A stretch of 34,721 nt of DNA from an uncultured Clostridia bacterium (GCA_938014855.1 CALLQM010000217.1:1-34721), one strand, 5' to 3'; shown: positions 16,721-27,049, counted from the stretch's first letter. A program made the numbers and translations. Notes: generated by a model not told the origin, from the sequence alone.

Positions 16721-17737
16721 ATGAAGGCTCTGTTGTTGAAGGAAAAATATCAGTTAGAAATGACAGACCGTGATACTCCTGTCAGAGAAGAAAACGAAGC
16801 GCTGATTCGCGTACTTGCGGTGAGCGTATGCGGTTCTGATATTCATTCCTACAAAGGAGAAAATGCACTTCTAACCTATCCGTGTGTCATGGGTCATGAA
16901 GTTTGCGGTGAAGTTACCGAAGCACCTGCTGACAGCGGGTTTCAATCAGGTGACCGAGTGGTGCTGATTCCATACCTCAATTGTGGACACTGCATTGCCT
17001 GCCGAAAAGGAAAAACCAACTGCTGCGAAGATTTGACGGTTTATGGTGTCCATAAGGATGGTGCAATGGCAGAATATATCACCGCACCCGTTTCTCATTT
17101 AATGAAATTACCTGACGGAATTGATGTGCGAGCGGCGGCAGTAATTGAACCACTTGCAATTAGCGCACATGCCGCGTGGAGAGCACAAATTCAGCCCGGA
17201 GAAACCGTATTGGTGGCGGGTGCAGGACCAATTGGACTTGGAGCGGCAGAAGTTGCCAAAACATATGGAGCGCGTGTATTGATTGCGGATACCGACGAAA
17301 AGCGCAGAGAATTCGTAAAAACACAATTTGGATACGAACATCCTCTCAATCCGCTCGACCCCGATTACCGCAACCAGCTTGCCGAACTGACGAATGGTGA
17401 TTTCCCCGATAAAATCATTGATTCGACCGGAAACAATTACTCGATGCAGGCAAATATTCAAAATCTTTGTCAAGGAGGTCGGATGGTATATGTCGGAATT
17501 TGGCAGGCAGATTTGACATTCCGACATCTGGACTTTCACAAACGCGAAGCAGAATTGGTTGGAAGCCGCGGCGCACGCAGGGAGGATTTTAGGTATGTAA
17601 TTGATTGCATGGCTCAAAAAAAGCTGTTCCCTGAGCGGTTTATCACCCATGAAGCACCTTTTACCAATGCAAAAGAGGCGCTGGAAGAATGGATTTCAAA
17701 AGGCGGAAAAGTATTTAAAGCAGTCATCACCATGTAA
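16721..17737 (+). CDS. Zn-dependent MDR dehydrogenase (L-galactonate 5-dehydrogenase/YjjN-like)
   Basis: CGSD, GHE, C..C.AC.......C, GAGPIG, DFHKRE..L.GSR. Confidence 0.9.
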   Translation: MKALLLKEKYQLEMTDRDTPVREENEALIRVLAVSVCGSDIHSYKGENALLTYPCVMGHEVCGEVTEAPADSGFQSGDRVVLIPYLNCGHCIACRKGKTNCCEDLTVYGVHKDGAMAEYITAPVSHLMKLPDGIDVRAAAVIEPLAISAHAAWRAQIQPGETVLVAGAGPIGLGAAEVAKTYGARVLIADTDEKRREFVKTQFGYEHPLNPLDPDYRNQLAELTNGDFPDKIIDSTGNNYSMQANIQNLCQGGRMVYVGIWQADLTFRHLDFHKREAELVGSRGARREDFRYVIDCMAQKKLFPERFITHEAPFTNAKEALEEWISKGGKVFKAVITM

Positions 17738-17767
17738 ATTTAAATTTATAAAAAGTGAGGAGAAACT

Positions 17768-18844
17768 ATGAAATTAAAATCAATGATAGCTTCTGTATTA
17801 GCGGTCACACTTACTGCGGGTCTGTTGAGCGCCTGTGGTTCCTCTAAACAAGCATCCTCCACCGAATCTTCAGAAAAGCCGGCATCCAGCGCAAGTGAAG
17901 CGGCGGATGAAGGAGAACCGATTCTGCTTCAAATCGGGTATGAAAACAATCCTGGTGAACCGATTGATTTGGCCTGCAATGAGTGGAAAAATCTATTGGA
18001 AGAAAAGAGCGGCGGCTCGATTCAAGTAGAACTGTTTCCTTCCAGCCAATTGGGCAACAAGACCGATTTAATCGATCAGATGATTGCGGGAGCACCGGTG
18101 TGTACGATCGCAGACGGAGCATTCTATGCGGAACGCGGCGTACCGGATTTCGGAATTGTTTTTGCGCCATATCTGTTTGATTCATGGGAAGAATGCTGGA
18201 AACTGACAAAGAGCGATTGGTATCAGGAACAAAGCGCAAAATTAGAAGAAAACGGACTGAAACTGTTGGCATCCAACTGGATCTATGGCGAACGTCATAC
18301 CATGACGAAAAAACCGGTTCATACACCGGATGATCTGAAAGGTATGAAAGTACGTGTTGCAAACAGCATGATATTCATCAAAGGATTTGAAGCTCTTGGA
18401 GCAACCCCGACTCCAATGGCACTCGGTGATGTTTATACCGCACTTCAGCAGGGCACCATAGATGGATTGGAAAATCCTTTGCCGGTTCTTTATAATGGTA
18501 AATTCCAGGAAGTCACAAAATATCTTATTTTGGACGGACACATCAAAAACTTTACCACTTGGGTGGTTGGCTCAGACTTCTTTAACAGCCTGACTGCAGA
18601 TCAGCAGAAGCTATTGGTTGAAACTGCGGAAGAAGCTGGACTTAAGAATAATGATTTCCAAGCCGAGGCAGAAAAAGAAGTATTGGACAAGCTGATTGAA
18701 GAAGGAGTTACTGTTTACGAGCCGACTTCAGAGGAAAAAGAAGCGTTCCGTGAAGCGGCATTAAAGTTCTATGAATATCCGGAAATTTCCGAATCATGGA
18801 GTGATGGGCTTTATGAAACAGTCAATGCAATTCTAAAAGCATAA
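17768..18844 (+). CDS. dctP: TRAP transporter substrate-binding lipoprotein
   Basis: Lipobox LSAC; FPSSQLG; DLKGMKVRV; VYTALQQGTIDGLENP. Confidence 0.93.
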   Translation: MKLKSMIASVLAVTLTAGLLSACGSSKQASSTESSEKPASSASEAADEGEPILLQIGYENNPGEPIDLACNEWKNLLEEKSGGSIQVELFPSSQLGNKTDLIDQMIAGAPVCTIADGAFYAERGVPDFGIVFAPYLFDSWEECWKLTKSDWYQEQSAKLEENGLKLLASNWIYGERHTMTKKPVHTPDDLKGMKVRVANSMIFIKGFEALGATPTPMALGDVYTALQQGTIDGLENPLPVLYNGKFQEVTKYLILDGHIKNFTTWVVGSDFFNSLTADQQKLLVETAEEAGLKNNDFQAEAEKEVLDKLIEEGVTVYEPTSEEKEAFREAALKFYEYPEISESWSDGLYETVNAILKA

Positions 18845-18858
18845 GAACGTTCGGACAA

Positions 18859-18886
18859 GTGGGGAAAGCGTCTTCGCTTTCCCCAT
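18859..18886 (+). promoter_or_regulatory. Intercistronic stem-loop between dctP and dctQ
   Basis: GTGGGGAAAGCG-TCTT-CGCTTTCCCCAT. Confidence 0.6.
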
Positions 18887-18906
18887 TCTTGATAGGGGGG
18901 AATATC

Positions 18907-19404
18907 GTGTCCAAAAAAAAGTGGGTTAACGCTGTCTTAAATGTAGATGTGCTTTTGGCAGGTATCTGCTTAATTATCCTTGTAGCCATCACATTTTTAG
19001 GTGTTATCATGCGTTATTTTTTCAATAATCCATTTGTTTGGCAGGAAGAGATTCAGCTTTGGCTATTCCTATGGATAGCATTCTTCGGAGGAAGCGCAGC
19101 GTTCCGAACAAAAAACCATGTGGAGATTGATATGGTGGTGGAGCTTCTGCCCTCAAAAGTTCAGAAACTTGTGCAAATCCTCATATATGCGGTTGTTGTA
19201 ATTGTGCTTGGTTATCTGTGCGGAAAAGGAATGAAGATGGTTGAGCAGTTTATTGCGACCAATAAATCAACGTTTGTATTAAGTGTACCCAGTTCACTTA
19301 TCTATTCTGTGGTGCCGATTGGCTGTATTCTTATGATTATCAACTACACGATGGTGGTTTGGCAGGATTATTTTGCAAAAGGCAAAAAGGAGGGTGACGA
19401 ATGA
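18907..19404 (+). CDS. dctQ: TRAP small permease
   Basis: V.MRYFFN.P..W.EE...W..F.G...H..ID; GTG 18907 after a G-rich RBS. Confidence 0.9.
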   Translation: MSKKKWVNAVLNVDVLLAGICLIILVAITFLGVIMRYFFNNPFVWQEEIQLWLFLWIAFFGGSAAFRTKNHVEIDMVVELLPSKVQKLVQILIYAVVVIVLGYLCGKGMKMVEQFIATNKSTFVLSVPSSLIYSVVPIGCILMIINYTMVVWQDYFAKGKKEGDE

Positions 19405-20684
19405 ATCCGATTGTAATTGCTACGATTGTACTCCTAGTTGCTTTGTTTATGAAAGTGCCGGTGTTTATATCGGTTATGGCCGGATCGATGTCTTACTTTA
19501 TGCTGGCATCGGGGGTTCCGGCTCAGATTTTTTCACAGCGTGTTTCTTCCGGAATGGAGAGCATAACGCTGTTGGCGGTTCCGTTTTTTGTCGCGGCCGG
19601 TGTATTTATGAACTATTCGGGTGTTACAAAACGAGTGATGGATTTTTGCAGTGTGATGACCGGAAGAATGTCCGGCGGACTTGCACAGGTCAATATTCTG
19701 CTTTCTACCTTGATGGGCGGTTTGTCCGGTTCCGCTTTGGCGGATGCCGCAATGGAAGCGAATATGCTCTGCCCGGAAATGGAGAAAAAAGGATTTTCCA
19801 AAGAATTCGCCTCCGTCGTAACCGCTACCTCGTCCATGATTACACCATTGATTCCTCCGGGAATTGCAATGATTTTGTACGGCTCAATTGCCAATGTTTC
19901 GATTGGTAAATTATTTGTTTCAGGAATCGGCGTAGGCTTTTTGCTTTGTTCTGCAATGATGATTTTGGTATCTCGTATTTCCAAAAAGCGTGGGTATGTG
20001 CCTTTGCGGTCACAGCCTCTGCCCAAAGGAGAATTTGCAGGCGTATTAAAAAAGGCGGCACTGCCGCTCTGTCTGCCAATTATTATTATTGGCGGGATTC
20101 GTTTGGGAATTTTTACTCCTACAGAAGCGGGATCAATCGCAATTCTCTATGCGCTTTTGCTTGGGTTTATTTATCGTGAATTGAATGTTGGCTCGTTTTG
20201 GCAGGGAGTAAAAGAAACAGTCATCACAACAGCGTCGATCATGCTGATTGTTGGTGCGGCTTCATCGTTTGCTTGGGTTTTAACCCGCGAACGAATTCCT
20301 CAAAAACTGACCGAACTCATTGTACAAGTTATAGCCAATAAGTACCTATTTTTGCTGGTCGTAAACATTTTCCTGCTGTTTGTTGGTATGTTTATTGAAG
20401 GCAATGCTGCAATGATCGTCCTTGTACCGCTTTTGGCACCAATCGCTACGGCCTACGGAATTGATGAAATCCAGTTCGCCATGATATTCATCTTTAACAT
20501 GGCAATCGGATCATTGTCACCACCAATGGGAACGCTTATGTTTGTTACCTGTGGTGTTACAAAATGTAAGATCAAATCGTTTATACGCGAAGCAGTGCCG
20601 TTTTATATCATGCTTGTAATTTGTTTGCTGCTGCTCACGTTTGTTCCCTTTGTATCAACAGGGCTGGTATCCTTGGTTTATTAA
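19401..20684 (+). CDS. dctM: TRAP large permease
   Basis: LLAVPFF, SGSA.AD, LIPP, GIFTPTEAG, PP.G..MF. Confidence 0.95.
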   Translation: MNPIVIATIVLLVALFMKVPVFISVMAGSMSYFMLASGVPAQIFSQRVSSGMESITLLAVPFFVAAGVFMNYSGVTKRVMDFCSVMTGRMSGGLAQVNILLSTLMGGLSGSALADAAMEANMLCPEMEKKGFSKEFASVVTATSSMITPLIPPGIAMILYGSIANVSIGKLFVSGIGVGFLLCSAMMILVSRISKKRGYVPLRSQPLPKGEFAGVLKKAALPLCLPIIIIGGIRLGIFTPTEAGSIAILYALLLGFIYRELNVGSFWQGVKETVITTASIMLIVGAASSFAWVLTRERIPQKLTELIVQVIANKYLFLLVVNIFLLFVGMFIEGNAAMIVLVPLLAPIATAYGIDEIQFAMIFIFNMAIGSLSPPMGTLMFVTCGVTKCKIKSFIREAVPFYIMLVICLLLLTFVPFVSTGLVSLVY

Positions 20685-20748
20685 AAGCGATACTGTTTCC
20701 TGTACAGAATAGCATGTTTCTGCCGACGATCGTTTTAGACGAAAGAAT

Positions 20749-20779
20749 AAAGAGGATGCCCAATTGGGCATCCTCTTTT
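20749..20779 (+). terminator. Terminator (perfect 30-bp palindrome)
   Basis: AAAGAGGATGCCCAATTGGGCATCCTCTTT. Confidence 0.75.
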
Positions 20780-20867
20780 GCTGTATTTATAAAACAATGT
20801 TTCTTATTTTTATTTTTCATGATAAACTAATGATATAGAAATAATAATGATACTGAAGGGGAAAAAT

Positions 20868-21542
20868 ATGAAAAAATGGTTGTCGGTCGTGCTTTCGCTT
20901 CTTTTTGTTTTTGCGTTAACGGGTTGTAAAAACGGTACTTCACAAAATCCTGAAACGGAAGCAATTGCAAAAACCCTCTCGAATTCGATCACATTTCCTG
21001 CTTACCAAGTGGAGAATCCACAAAATGTAGACTACATAAACGAAATTAACAATACTGCTAAATTTACAGTAAATGTGGATTTTCCTGAAAATTGGACGCT
21101 CAAAGATTCAAAGGGCGAAGAAACGGTGCCCACAGGCGAATTTTATACGCCGCTTTACATTTATGAAGCAGAGAAACTGATTGGATATATTGGTTTTAAT
21201 CGATTTGAACCGTATACAGATGAAATAGCACAAGAGCAATATTACCAAACCGTTTACCCAAATTTGCGGCTGTCATCGATGTTTGCGTGGGATCCCTATA
21301 CTGCGGTAAAGACGACCGATACATCTGAAACTGGGCGGGCTGAAATATGGTACGTGGATGAAAAAGAGATGGATCATCACCCGGGTGCAATGCCGGATGT
21401 GCCATCTTTTGAAACAGTAGGCATCCTATCATACGATAAGGAACTCAAAGTATATATTGGGATAGCGTTTATGCCGGACACCGTTGACAAAACACAAGCA
21501 CAAGCCATTGCAAAGACGGTCAGTCTTTCATTGGCTGAATAA
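20868..21542 (+). CDS. Lipoprotein of unknown function
   Basis: MKKWLS...LTGC lipobox; GAAGGGGA RBS. Confidence 0.8.
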   Translation: MKKWLSVVLSLLFVFALTGCKNGTSQNPETEAIAKTLSNSITFPAYQVENPQNVDYINEINNTAKFTVNVDFPENWTLKDSKGEETVPTGEFYTPLYIYEAEKLIGYIGFNRFEPYTDEIAQEQYYQTVYPNLRLSSMFAWDPYTAVKTTDTSETGRAEIWYVDEKEMDHHPGAMPDVPSFETVGILSYDKELKVYIGIAFMPDTVDKTQAQAIAKTVSLSLAE

Positions 21543-21560
21543 AAATACGGAGCATGCAAT

Positions 21561-21592
21561 CAGGCGGCATCAAATTGATGCCGCCTGTTTTT
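21561..21592. terminator. Terminator between convergent genes
   Basis: CAGGCGGCATCAA/TTGATGCCGCCTG + T run. Confidence 0.8.
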
Positions 21593-21602
21593 ATAAATTC
21601 GA

Positions 21603-22760
21603 TTACTTACCGAATGCGGTGCGATAAACTTCCAAAATCAGTTCTTTTGTGCAGGGTCTCGGGTTGCCGCCTGTGCACACGTCCGCCATTGCCGCATCCG
21701 CAAGCGCTTCAAGGTCTTCTTCTTTTACGCCGATTTCTTTGAGTGTTTCCGGAATATTGACGTCATGCGAAAGCTGTTTAACGGCATCAATTGCCGCTTT
21801 GCGATACTCCGCCTGCGACATTTCGTCAACGCCTTTCACGCCCATAACGCGAGCGATTTCGCGGAATTTTTCGCCTGTGTAATCGGCGTTAAATTCCATG
21901 ACATAGGGGAGAAGAACCGCATTTGCGATACCATGCGGGGTGTTATAAAATGCACCCAGAGGATGCGCCATCCCATGGACAACACCCAATCCTACATTGG
22001 AAAATGCCATGCCGGTCACATATTGACCCAATGCCATGTCTTCGCGGCCTTTCGGGTCGTTCTCAACTGCTTTGCGCAGAGAGCGCGAAATCAGCTCGAC
22101 TGCTTTGAGGTTCAGTGTATCGGCAAGTTCCCATGCACCTAAAGTTGTGTAACCTTCAATTGCATGAGTCAGAGCGTCCATACCAGTTGCGGCGGTCAGC
22201 CCTTTGGGCATGCTGGACATCATGTCCGGATCCACAACGGCAACGACTGGGATATCGTGCGGGTCAACACAGACAAATTTTCTGCGTTTTACCTGATCGG
22301 TAACGACATAGTTGATGGTTGCCTCTGCGGCAGTTCCTGCGGTGGTTGCAACAGCAATAACCGGAACGCTCTTGTTTTTGGTTGGTGCCAAGCCTTCCAG
22401 CGATACCACATCAGAAAATTCCGGGTTATTGATAATGATGCCGATACCTTTTGCGGTATCCTGTGGAGAGCCGCCGCCAATGGCAATCATATAATCCGCG
22501 CCGGAATCTTTAAACACCTTAACGCCGTCCTGCACAATGGCAACGCTCGGGTTGGCTTTTACCTTGTCGTAAATTTCATAAGCCAGTCCATCTGCATCCA
22601 GCAAATCGGTCACTTTGTTTACAACGTTGAATTTTACTAAGTCTGCATCCGTTACAATTAAAGCTTTTTGAAATCCTCTTGCTTTTACTTCCGTCACAAT
22701 TTCTTTAATTGCCCCTGCCCCGTGATAACTAGTTTCATTGAGAATAAAACGCTTCGCCAT
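21603..22760 (-). CDS. fucO: Lactaldehyde reductase (Fe-ADH)
   Basis: MAKRFILNETSYHG.GA, GGGSPQD, KFVCVDPHDIP, DALTHAIEGY, D.CTGGNPR; ATG 22760 with AAGGAGGA RBS. Confidence 0.95.
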   Translation of the reverse strand: MAKRFILNETSYHGAGAIKEIVTEVKARGFQKALIVTDADLVKFNVVNKVTDLLDADGLAYEIYDKVKANPSVAIVQDGVKVFKDSGADYMIAIGGGSPQDTAKGIGIIINNPEFSDVVSLEGLAPTKNKSVPVIAVATTAGTAAEATINYVVTDQVKRRKFVCVDPHDIPVVAVVDPDMMSSMPKGLTAATGMDALTHAIEGYTTLGAWELADTLNLKAVELISRSLRKAVENDPKGREDMALGQYVTGMAFSNVGLGVVHGMAHPLGAFYNTPHGIANAVLLPYVMEFNADYTGEKFREIARVMGVKGVDEMSQAEYRKAAIDAVKQLSHDVNIPETLKEIGVKEEDLEALADAAMADVCTGGNPRPCTKELILEVYRTAFGK

Positions 22761-22894
22761 GCTGTCTCCTCCTTGTGTCATTTATGAAACATCTATATAA
22801 ATCTTAGTACATATTATATAAAAGTTCAATATCAACAAAGCACAAAATAACTAGTTAAAGTTTGACTATTAATAAAAATTTATTAAAATTAACA

Positions 22895-22922
22895 ATAGAG
22901 CGCCTTGTAAAAGGCGCTCTAT
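22895..22922 (-). terminator. Terminator
   Basis: ATAGAGCGCCTT/AAGGCGCTCTAT. Confidence 0.7.
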
Positions 22923-22942
22923 CCTATGTACAAAATTTTTAT

Positions 22943-23485
22943 TTAAACTTCGATTCGAATCGGTGTTACCTGCGCGGTGTCCGGATGGATATAAATAATT
23001 CCTCTGTTTGCATCTTTTGCATCTTGAATTGTGGAGGAAACCGGATCCAGCGGACTGGTCAAGCGGGTGTCATACACGGCAAGAACAAAGTTTGCGTGAT
23101 CGATCTGATATTTCCCGCATAACCGGTAACTTTCATTTGTAAGATGGGTTTGTGTCATATGGACGGAGGTGCTCGCCGCAAGAATGGAAAAATAACGATT
23201 CCGCCAATCCGGTGTCCATTTCGTAGCTTGCTCTTCGAATGGGATGACACAATGGAGCCGGAGCCCTTTGAGCTTGTCCATCAATGCAAGAACTGCTTCC
23301 GCTCCCCACATCGGCGGGCCAACTTCACAGCTGGTGTAAAAATCAGTGACTCCGTTTTGATAGAGAATCACAATCTGACGAATCAGCTCGAGCTTGATTC
23401 TTTGACAGCGCCAATCCTCTTCGTCATAACCGAATTGAAACCTTGCGGGATGATGGCCTACCATTGCACAAGATAATGTTGTCAC
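22943..23485 (-). CDS. SLOG family (YspA/DUF1273-like) protein, divergent
   Basis: C...GH.P..F.FGYDE, V.PFE.QA.KW....R.RY, AVYD; GTG 23485 with AAAGGAGGGG RBS. Confidence 0.8.
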   Translation of the reverse strand: MTTLSCAMVGHHPARFQFGYDEEDWRCQRIKLELIRQIVILYQNGVTDFYTSCEVGPPMWGAEAVLALMDKLKGLRLHCVIPFEEQATKWTPDWRNRYFSILAASTSVHMTQTHLTNESYRLCGKYQIDHANFVLAVYDTRLTSPLDPVSSTIQDAKDANRGIIYIHPDTAQVTPIRIEV

Positions 23486-23607
23486 TGGATACCCCCTCCT
23501 TTCAAATGATGATAATATAGCTACATTACTATTATATACCAATCGTGTATACATTCAGTGACGTAGTCACGAACAAACTATGAAATTGAAATTATTTAGG
23601 ATGTAAA

Positions 23608-23635
23608 AGGCTCTTTTCATTTTCGAAAAGAGCCT
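23608..23635 (-). terminator. Terminator
   Basis: AGGCTCTTTTC/GAAAAGAGCCT. Confidence 0.7.
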
Positions 23636-23645
23636 ATAAAATGCG

Positions 23646-25382
23646 TCAATCGGACGTCAGCCAATCGGTTTGCTTAGGATTGTCTTTTTGATTATTGGAA
23701 TACATACGATCTTCTTTTAAAACAAACTTACTGAGCAGATCTTTCATGATTTGAGCCTGCGTGTTGAGTTCTTCGCTCGCCGCGGCACTTTGCTGTGCAG
23801 TGGCGGAATCGTTTTGTACAACAGAAGAAATCTGATTGACACCTTCGGTTGTTTGAATCACTGCATTTGCCTGCTCGTTGCTGGCTTTTGCAATTTCATT
23901 AACCAGCTGAGAAACATGCTGCGATTTTTCCACAATCGATTTGAAAGACTGAGCCGCTTCATCGGCCAGCTGGGTTCCGTTATCGACTGCGCGAATGGTA
24001 TTTTCAATCAATTCGGTGGTATTCTTGGCGGCTTTCGCGCTTTTACCTGCTAAATTACGCACTTCGTCCGCGACCACTGCAAACCCTTTTCCTGCCGAGC
24101 CTGCTCTTGCCGCTTCAACGGCGGCATTCAGCGCAAGAATGTTGGTTTGAAAAGCAATGTTGTCGATTGTTTTAATGATTTTCCCAATTTCGCTGGAAGT
24201 TTCGGTAATATGATTCATCGCCTCGATCAAACTCTGCATCTGCTGATTGCCGTGTTCAATATCCGCAACGGTCTGCATAACGGTTTGATCCGACTGTTGT
24301 GCATTTTGTGCATTAAGCTTGATTTGATCGGAAATGCTGTTGACGGTGGTGGTTAATTCTTCAATGGAACTTGCCTGTTCGGTGGCTCCCTGACTAAGAG
24401 TTTGGGCGCCGTCGGACACTTGCTCGGCCCCGCTTACAACTTGTTCTGCTGTTTGATTGATTTGTGAAAGGGTATCATTTAAATTGCGTGAGATTTGATT
24501 CATGGATGTTTTAATCGGAACAAAATCGCCCGCATAATCGAGGGTAACGGTATGCGTCATGTTGCCGTTTGCAATTTTACCGAGCACATCTGCAATGTTG
24601 TTGATATAAGACCGCAGTACGGTAATCATCTGCCGCATGCTATCGGCCAGTTGTCCGAGTTCATCCTTTGACTGATATTTAATCTCTGCGTTTAGATTTC
24701 CTTTGGACATTTTATCGGCCGCCTGCTCCAATTCCTCAATGGGGTTTGTAATACTGCGAACGATATAGAAGCTCAGGAAAATCATAATAATCAGCGAAAC
24801 ACCGGCAAACGTCATCAGCAAAGCAAACGCCAGCGTCTGCATCGAAGACCCTTCATTGTAGAAATTTGCGGCGTCTTGTGAAGAGACCTCTTCGATTTGG
24901 CTGAGCAGATCCCTTGCTTGCATTAACATCGGTTCATATTCCTGATTATACGTTTCAATGGCTTGTGAATTTTGATTTTTGCTGGAGAATTCAAATATTT
25001 TTTCTTTCGTGGCAACGGAGGAATCCATTTTGGCGATAAATTCATCAACCAGCTGGATGCTGCTGCCGGAAGAATTGGTTTTAATGACATCAAGACCGGT
25101 TTTTAGCCGTTCCAAAGCGGCTTGACATTGTTCGATATATTGATTCGCGGTCTGCGAATCGCTGGACGTACAGGATTTGATCAAATATTTTTCAGCTTCC
25201 TGCATATTCGCACGCATATTGATCGCTTGCGTTGCGACTGTATAGGGTTGTTGGTAGAATGTCGTAAAATTGGACGACAAAACTCCTAAGCAGGAAAGCG
25301 CTGTAATCGTGGTTGCAATGAAAAATACGAATGAAATTCCAAAAGCGATGAACAGTTTTTTTCTGATTTTCAGATTTTTCAT
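23646..25382 (-). CDS. Methyl-accepting chemotaxis protein (4HB sensor, HAMP)
   Basis: [36 protein letters not shown]; two TMs; start MKNLKI with AAAGAGG RBS. Confidence 0.96.
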   Translation of the reverse strand: MKNLKIRKKLFIAFGISFVFFIATTITALSCLGVLSSNFTTFYQQPYTVATQAINMRANMQEAEKYLIKSCTSSDSQTANQYIEQCQAALERLKTGLDVIKTNSSGSSIQLVDEFIAKMDSSVATKEKIFEFSSKNQNSQAIETYNQEYEPMLMQARDLLSQIEEVSSQDAANFYNEGSSMQTLAFALLMTFAGVSLIIMIFLSFYIVRSITNPIEELEQAADKMSKGNLNAEIKYQSKDELGQLADSMRQMITVLRSYINNIADVLGKIANGNMTHTVTLDYAGDFVPIKTSMNQISRNLNDTLSQINQTAEQVVSGAEQVSDGAQTLSQGATEQASSIEELTTTVNSISDQIKLNAQNAQQSDQTVMQTVADIEHGNQQMQSLIEAMNHITETSSEIGKIIKTIDNIAFQTNILALNAAVEAARAGSAGKGFAVVADEVRNLAGKSAKAAKNTTELIENTIRAVDNGTQLADEAAQSFKSIVEKSQHVSQLVNEIAKASNEQANAVIQTTEGVNQISSVVQNDSATAQQSAAASEELNTQAQIMKDLLSKFVLKEDRMYSNNQKDNPKQTDWLTSD

Positions 25383-25488
25383 GAGAACGACCTCTTTCTC
25401 TGTTTCATTCCATCTGTTCAGTTCACAATATTCCAAACGCAATCGAAAAGTGCAATTTCAGTCATTCGTTCCGTTTATTTCTATTTTT

Positions 25489-25517
25489 ATTATAGCAAAG
25501 CCTTTATACATGTTCAA
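25489..25517 (-). promoter_or_regulatory. sigmaA promoter of the MCP
   Basis: TTGAAC-17-TATAAT with extended TG. Confidence 0.6.
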
Positions 25518-25575
25518 TAAAAAATATAGATTATTTACAATATTATATCGCAACATGTTGAGTAAAGCGAACAAA

Positions 25576-25615
25576 AGCGCATGAACGCCGCCTGAGCAGG
25601 CGGCGTTCATGCGCT
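25576..25615 (-). terminator. Long inverted repeat/terminator
   Basis: 19-bp perfect arms AGCGCATGAACGCCGCCTG-AG-CAGGCGGCGTTCATGCGCT; T run on the minus strand. Confidence 0.8.
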
Positions 25616-25629
25616 GTAACATAGAAAGA

Positions 25630-25977
25630 TTAAAGAGTTTGATTTTGTAAAAGCTTCACGAGTTCTTCTGTTTTGAGCACCTTGCCATACACGATAACTT
25701 TACCGTTTACGACAAGCGCGGGTGTGCTCATGACTCCATATGCCGCGATCTGAGAAAAATCCGTGACGTGGTCGATGGCGGCATCTATGCCAAGCTGAGC
25801 TAGTGCGGCTTTGGTGTTTGCCTCCAGCTCGTTGCATTTGGCACAGCCGGAACCGAGAACCTTGATGGGTGCATCGGTTGACTCTGCTTTGTTTGCACAG
25901 CCCTGATTTTCACATGCTCCACCACAGCTGCAGCCGTTTTGTTTGTCTTTGTTTTTTCCAAAAGAAAAGAGTGCCAT
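25630..25977 (-). CDS. Small redox-active disulfide protein (Thioredoxin_3/MTH895-like) with Cys-rich N-terminus
   Basis: IKVLGSGCAKC, YGVMSTPALV; N-terminal CSCGGAC. Confidence 0.9.
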   Translation of the reverse strand: MALFSFGKNKDKQNGCSCGGACENQGCANKAESTDAPIKVLGSGCAKCNELEANTKAALAQLGIDAAIDHVTDFSQIAAYGVMSTPALVVNGKVIVYGKVLKTEELVKLLQNQTL

Positions 25978-25989
25978 AATACGTTCCTC

Positions 25990-27003
25990 CTAAACAAATA
26001 AAAATTGAAATGCGTTAAATAGGTAGCCAATTAAAATAATGCCTATGGTTACGATTACGACAAAAACGCCCAACAGTTTTGGTTTTACCGCCTTGCGCAG
26101 CATAATCATAGATGGCAGACTTAAAGCGGTGACCGCCATCATAAACGCAAGGATGGTTCCCAATCCGGCGCCTTTTGCAAATAAGCTTTCTGCAACCGGA
26201 ATTGTACCAAAAATGTCCGCATACATCGGAACGCCTACCAATGCGGCGAGCACGACTGAAAACGGATTGTTGCCGCCGAGAATCGACTGAATCCATGTTT
26301 GCGGGATTAAATTGTGGATGACCGCCCCGATTCCTACACCGATAAAAATGTAGGGTGCCACTTTTTTAACCGTTGCCTGCACCTGTTCTTTGGCATAAAT
26401 AAGGCGGTCTCTACGGGTTAATTCGGGCGCATCCAAATCTACGGCTTTTGTGGTTTTGATAAAATCTTCCACATACGCGCCCATCCCGAATGCTTCAATT
26501 AGAGAACCGCCAATAACAGCAAGAACCAAACCGATCACGACATAGGATACCGCGACTTTCGCGCCAAAAATACTCATTAGCAGGATAAGCGAGCCTAAAT
26601 CGACAAGCGGAGAAGAAATCAGGAACGAAAATGTAACCCCGACAGGAAGTCCTGCGCTGGAAAATCCGATAAACAACGGAATGGAGGAACAGGAACAGAA
26701 CGGTGTAACCGTACCGAGCAGAGCGGCGAGCGTATTTGCGGTCAGACCATGAAAATGTCCCAGGATTTTTTTTGTCCGTTCCGGGGGAAAATAACTTTGA
26801 ATATAGGAAATAATAAAAATCAATACGGATAAAAGGACAAAAATTTTGATGGTATCATAAACAAAAAACTGGATGCCGCCGCCTAGACGAGTTTCGGGAT
26901 TCAATCCGATGGCTGTTACCGCTTTGCCGATTAGAGAATTGAGCCATTGCATCCCTAGTATTTGATTTTGAAAAAACAGCCATACAGCTTTTACAATATG
27001 CAT
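25990..27003 (-). CDS. ArsP/DUF318 permease
   Basis: TPFCSCSSIP, FLISSP, GVPMY, ALSLP; ATG 27003 with GAGGA RBS preferred over GTG 27018. Confidence 0.9.
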   Translation of the reverse strand: MHIVKAVWLFFQNQILGMQWLNSLIGKAVTAIGLNPETRLGGGIQFFVYDTIKIFVLLSVLIFIISYIQSYFPPERTKKILGHFHGLTANTLAALLGTVTPFCSCSSIPLFIGFSSAGLPVGVTFSFLISSPLVDLGSLILLMSIFGAKVAVSYVVIGLVLAVIGGSLIEAFGMGAYVEDFIKTTKAVDLDAPELTRRDRLIYAKEQVQATVKKVAPYIFIGVGIGAVIHNLIPQTWIQSILGGNNPFSVVLAALVGVPMYADIFGTIPVAESLFAKGAGLGTILAFMMAVTALSLPSMIMLRKAVKPKLLGVFVVIVTIGIILIGYLFNAFQFLFV

Positions 27004-27029
27004 GGGATTATTCCTCACTTTCTTTGGTT

Positions 27030-27049
27030 ATATCTATTTTTATCGATGT
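27030..27049. promoter_or_regulatory. Putative ArsR operator (internal copy)
   Basis: ATATCTA-N6-TCGATGT, near-identical to 27409-27428. Confidence 0.55.

Noticed and set aside
22852-22894. Rex box upstream of fucO
   Set aside because: Spacing does not fit TTGTTAA-N4-TTAACAA; only a half site is present.
25383-25488. c-di-GMP riboswitch in the ~100-nt MCP leader
   Set aside because: No GEMM-I or class II signature seen.
25576-25615. Long palindromes here and at 20749 and 34622 as REP/MITE or CRISPR repeats
   Set aside because: The sequences are unrelated to each other, single-copy and sit at gene ends, consistent with terminators.
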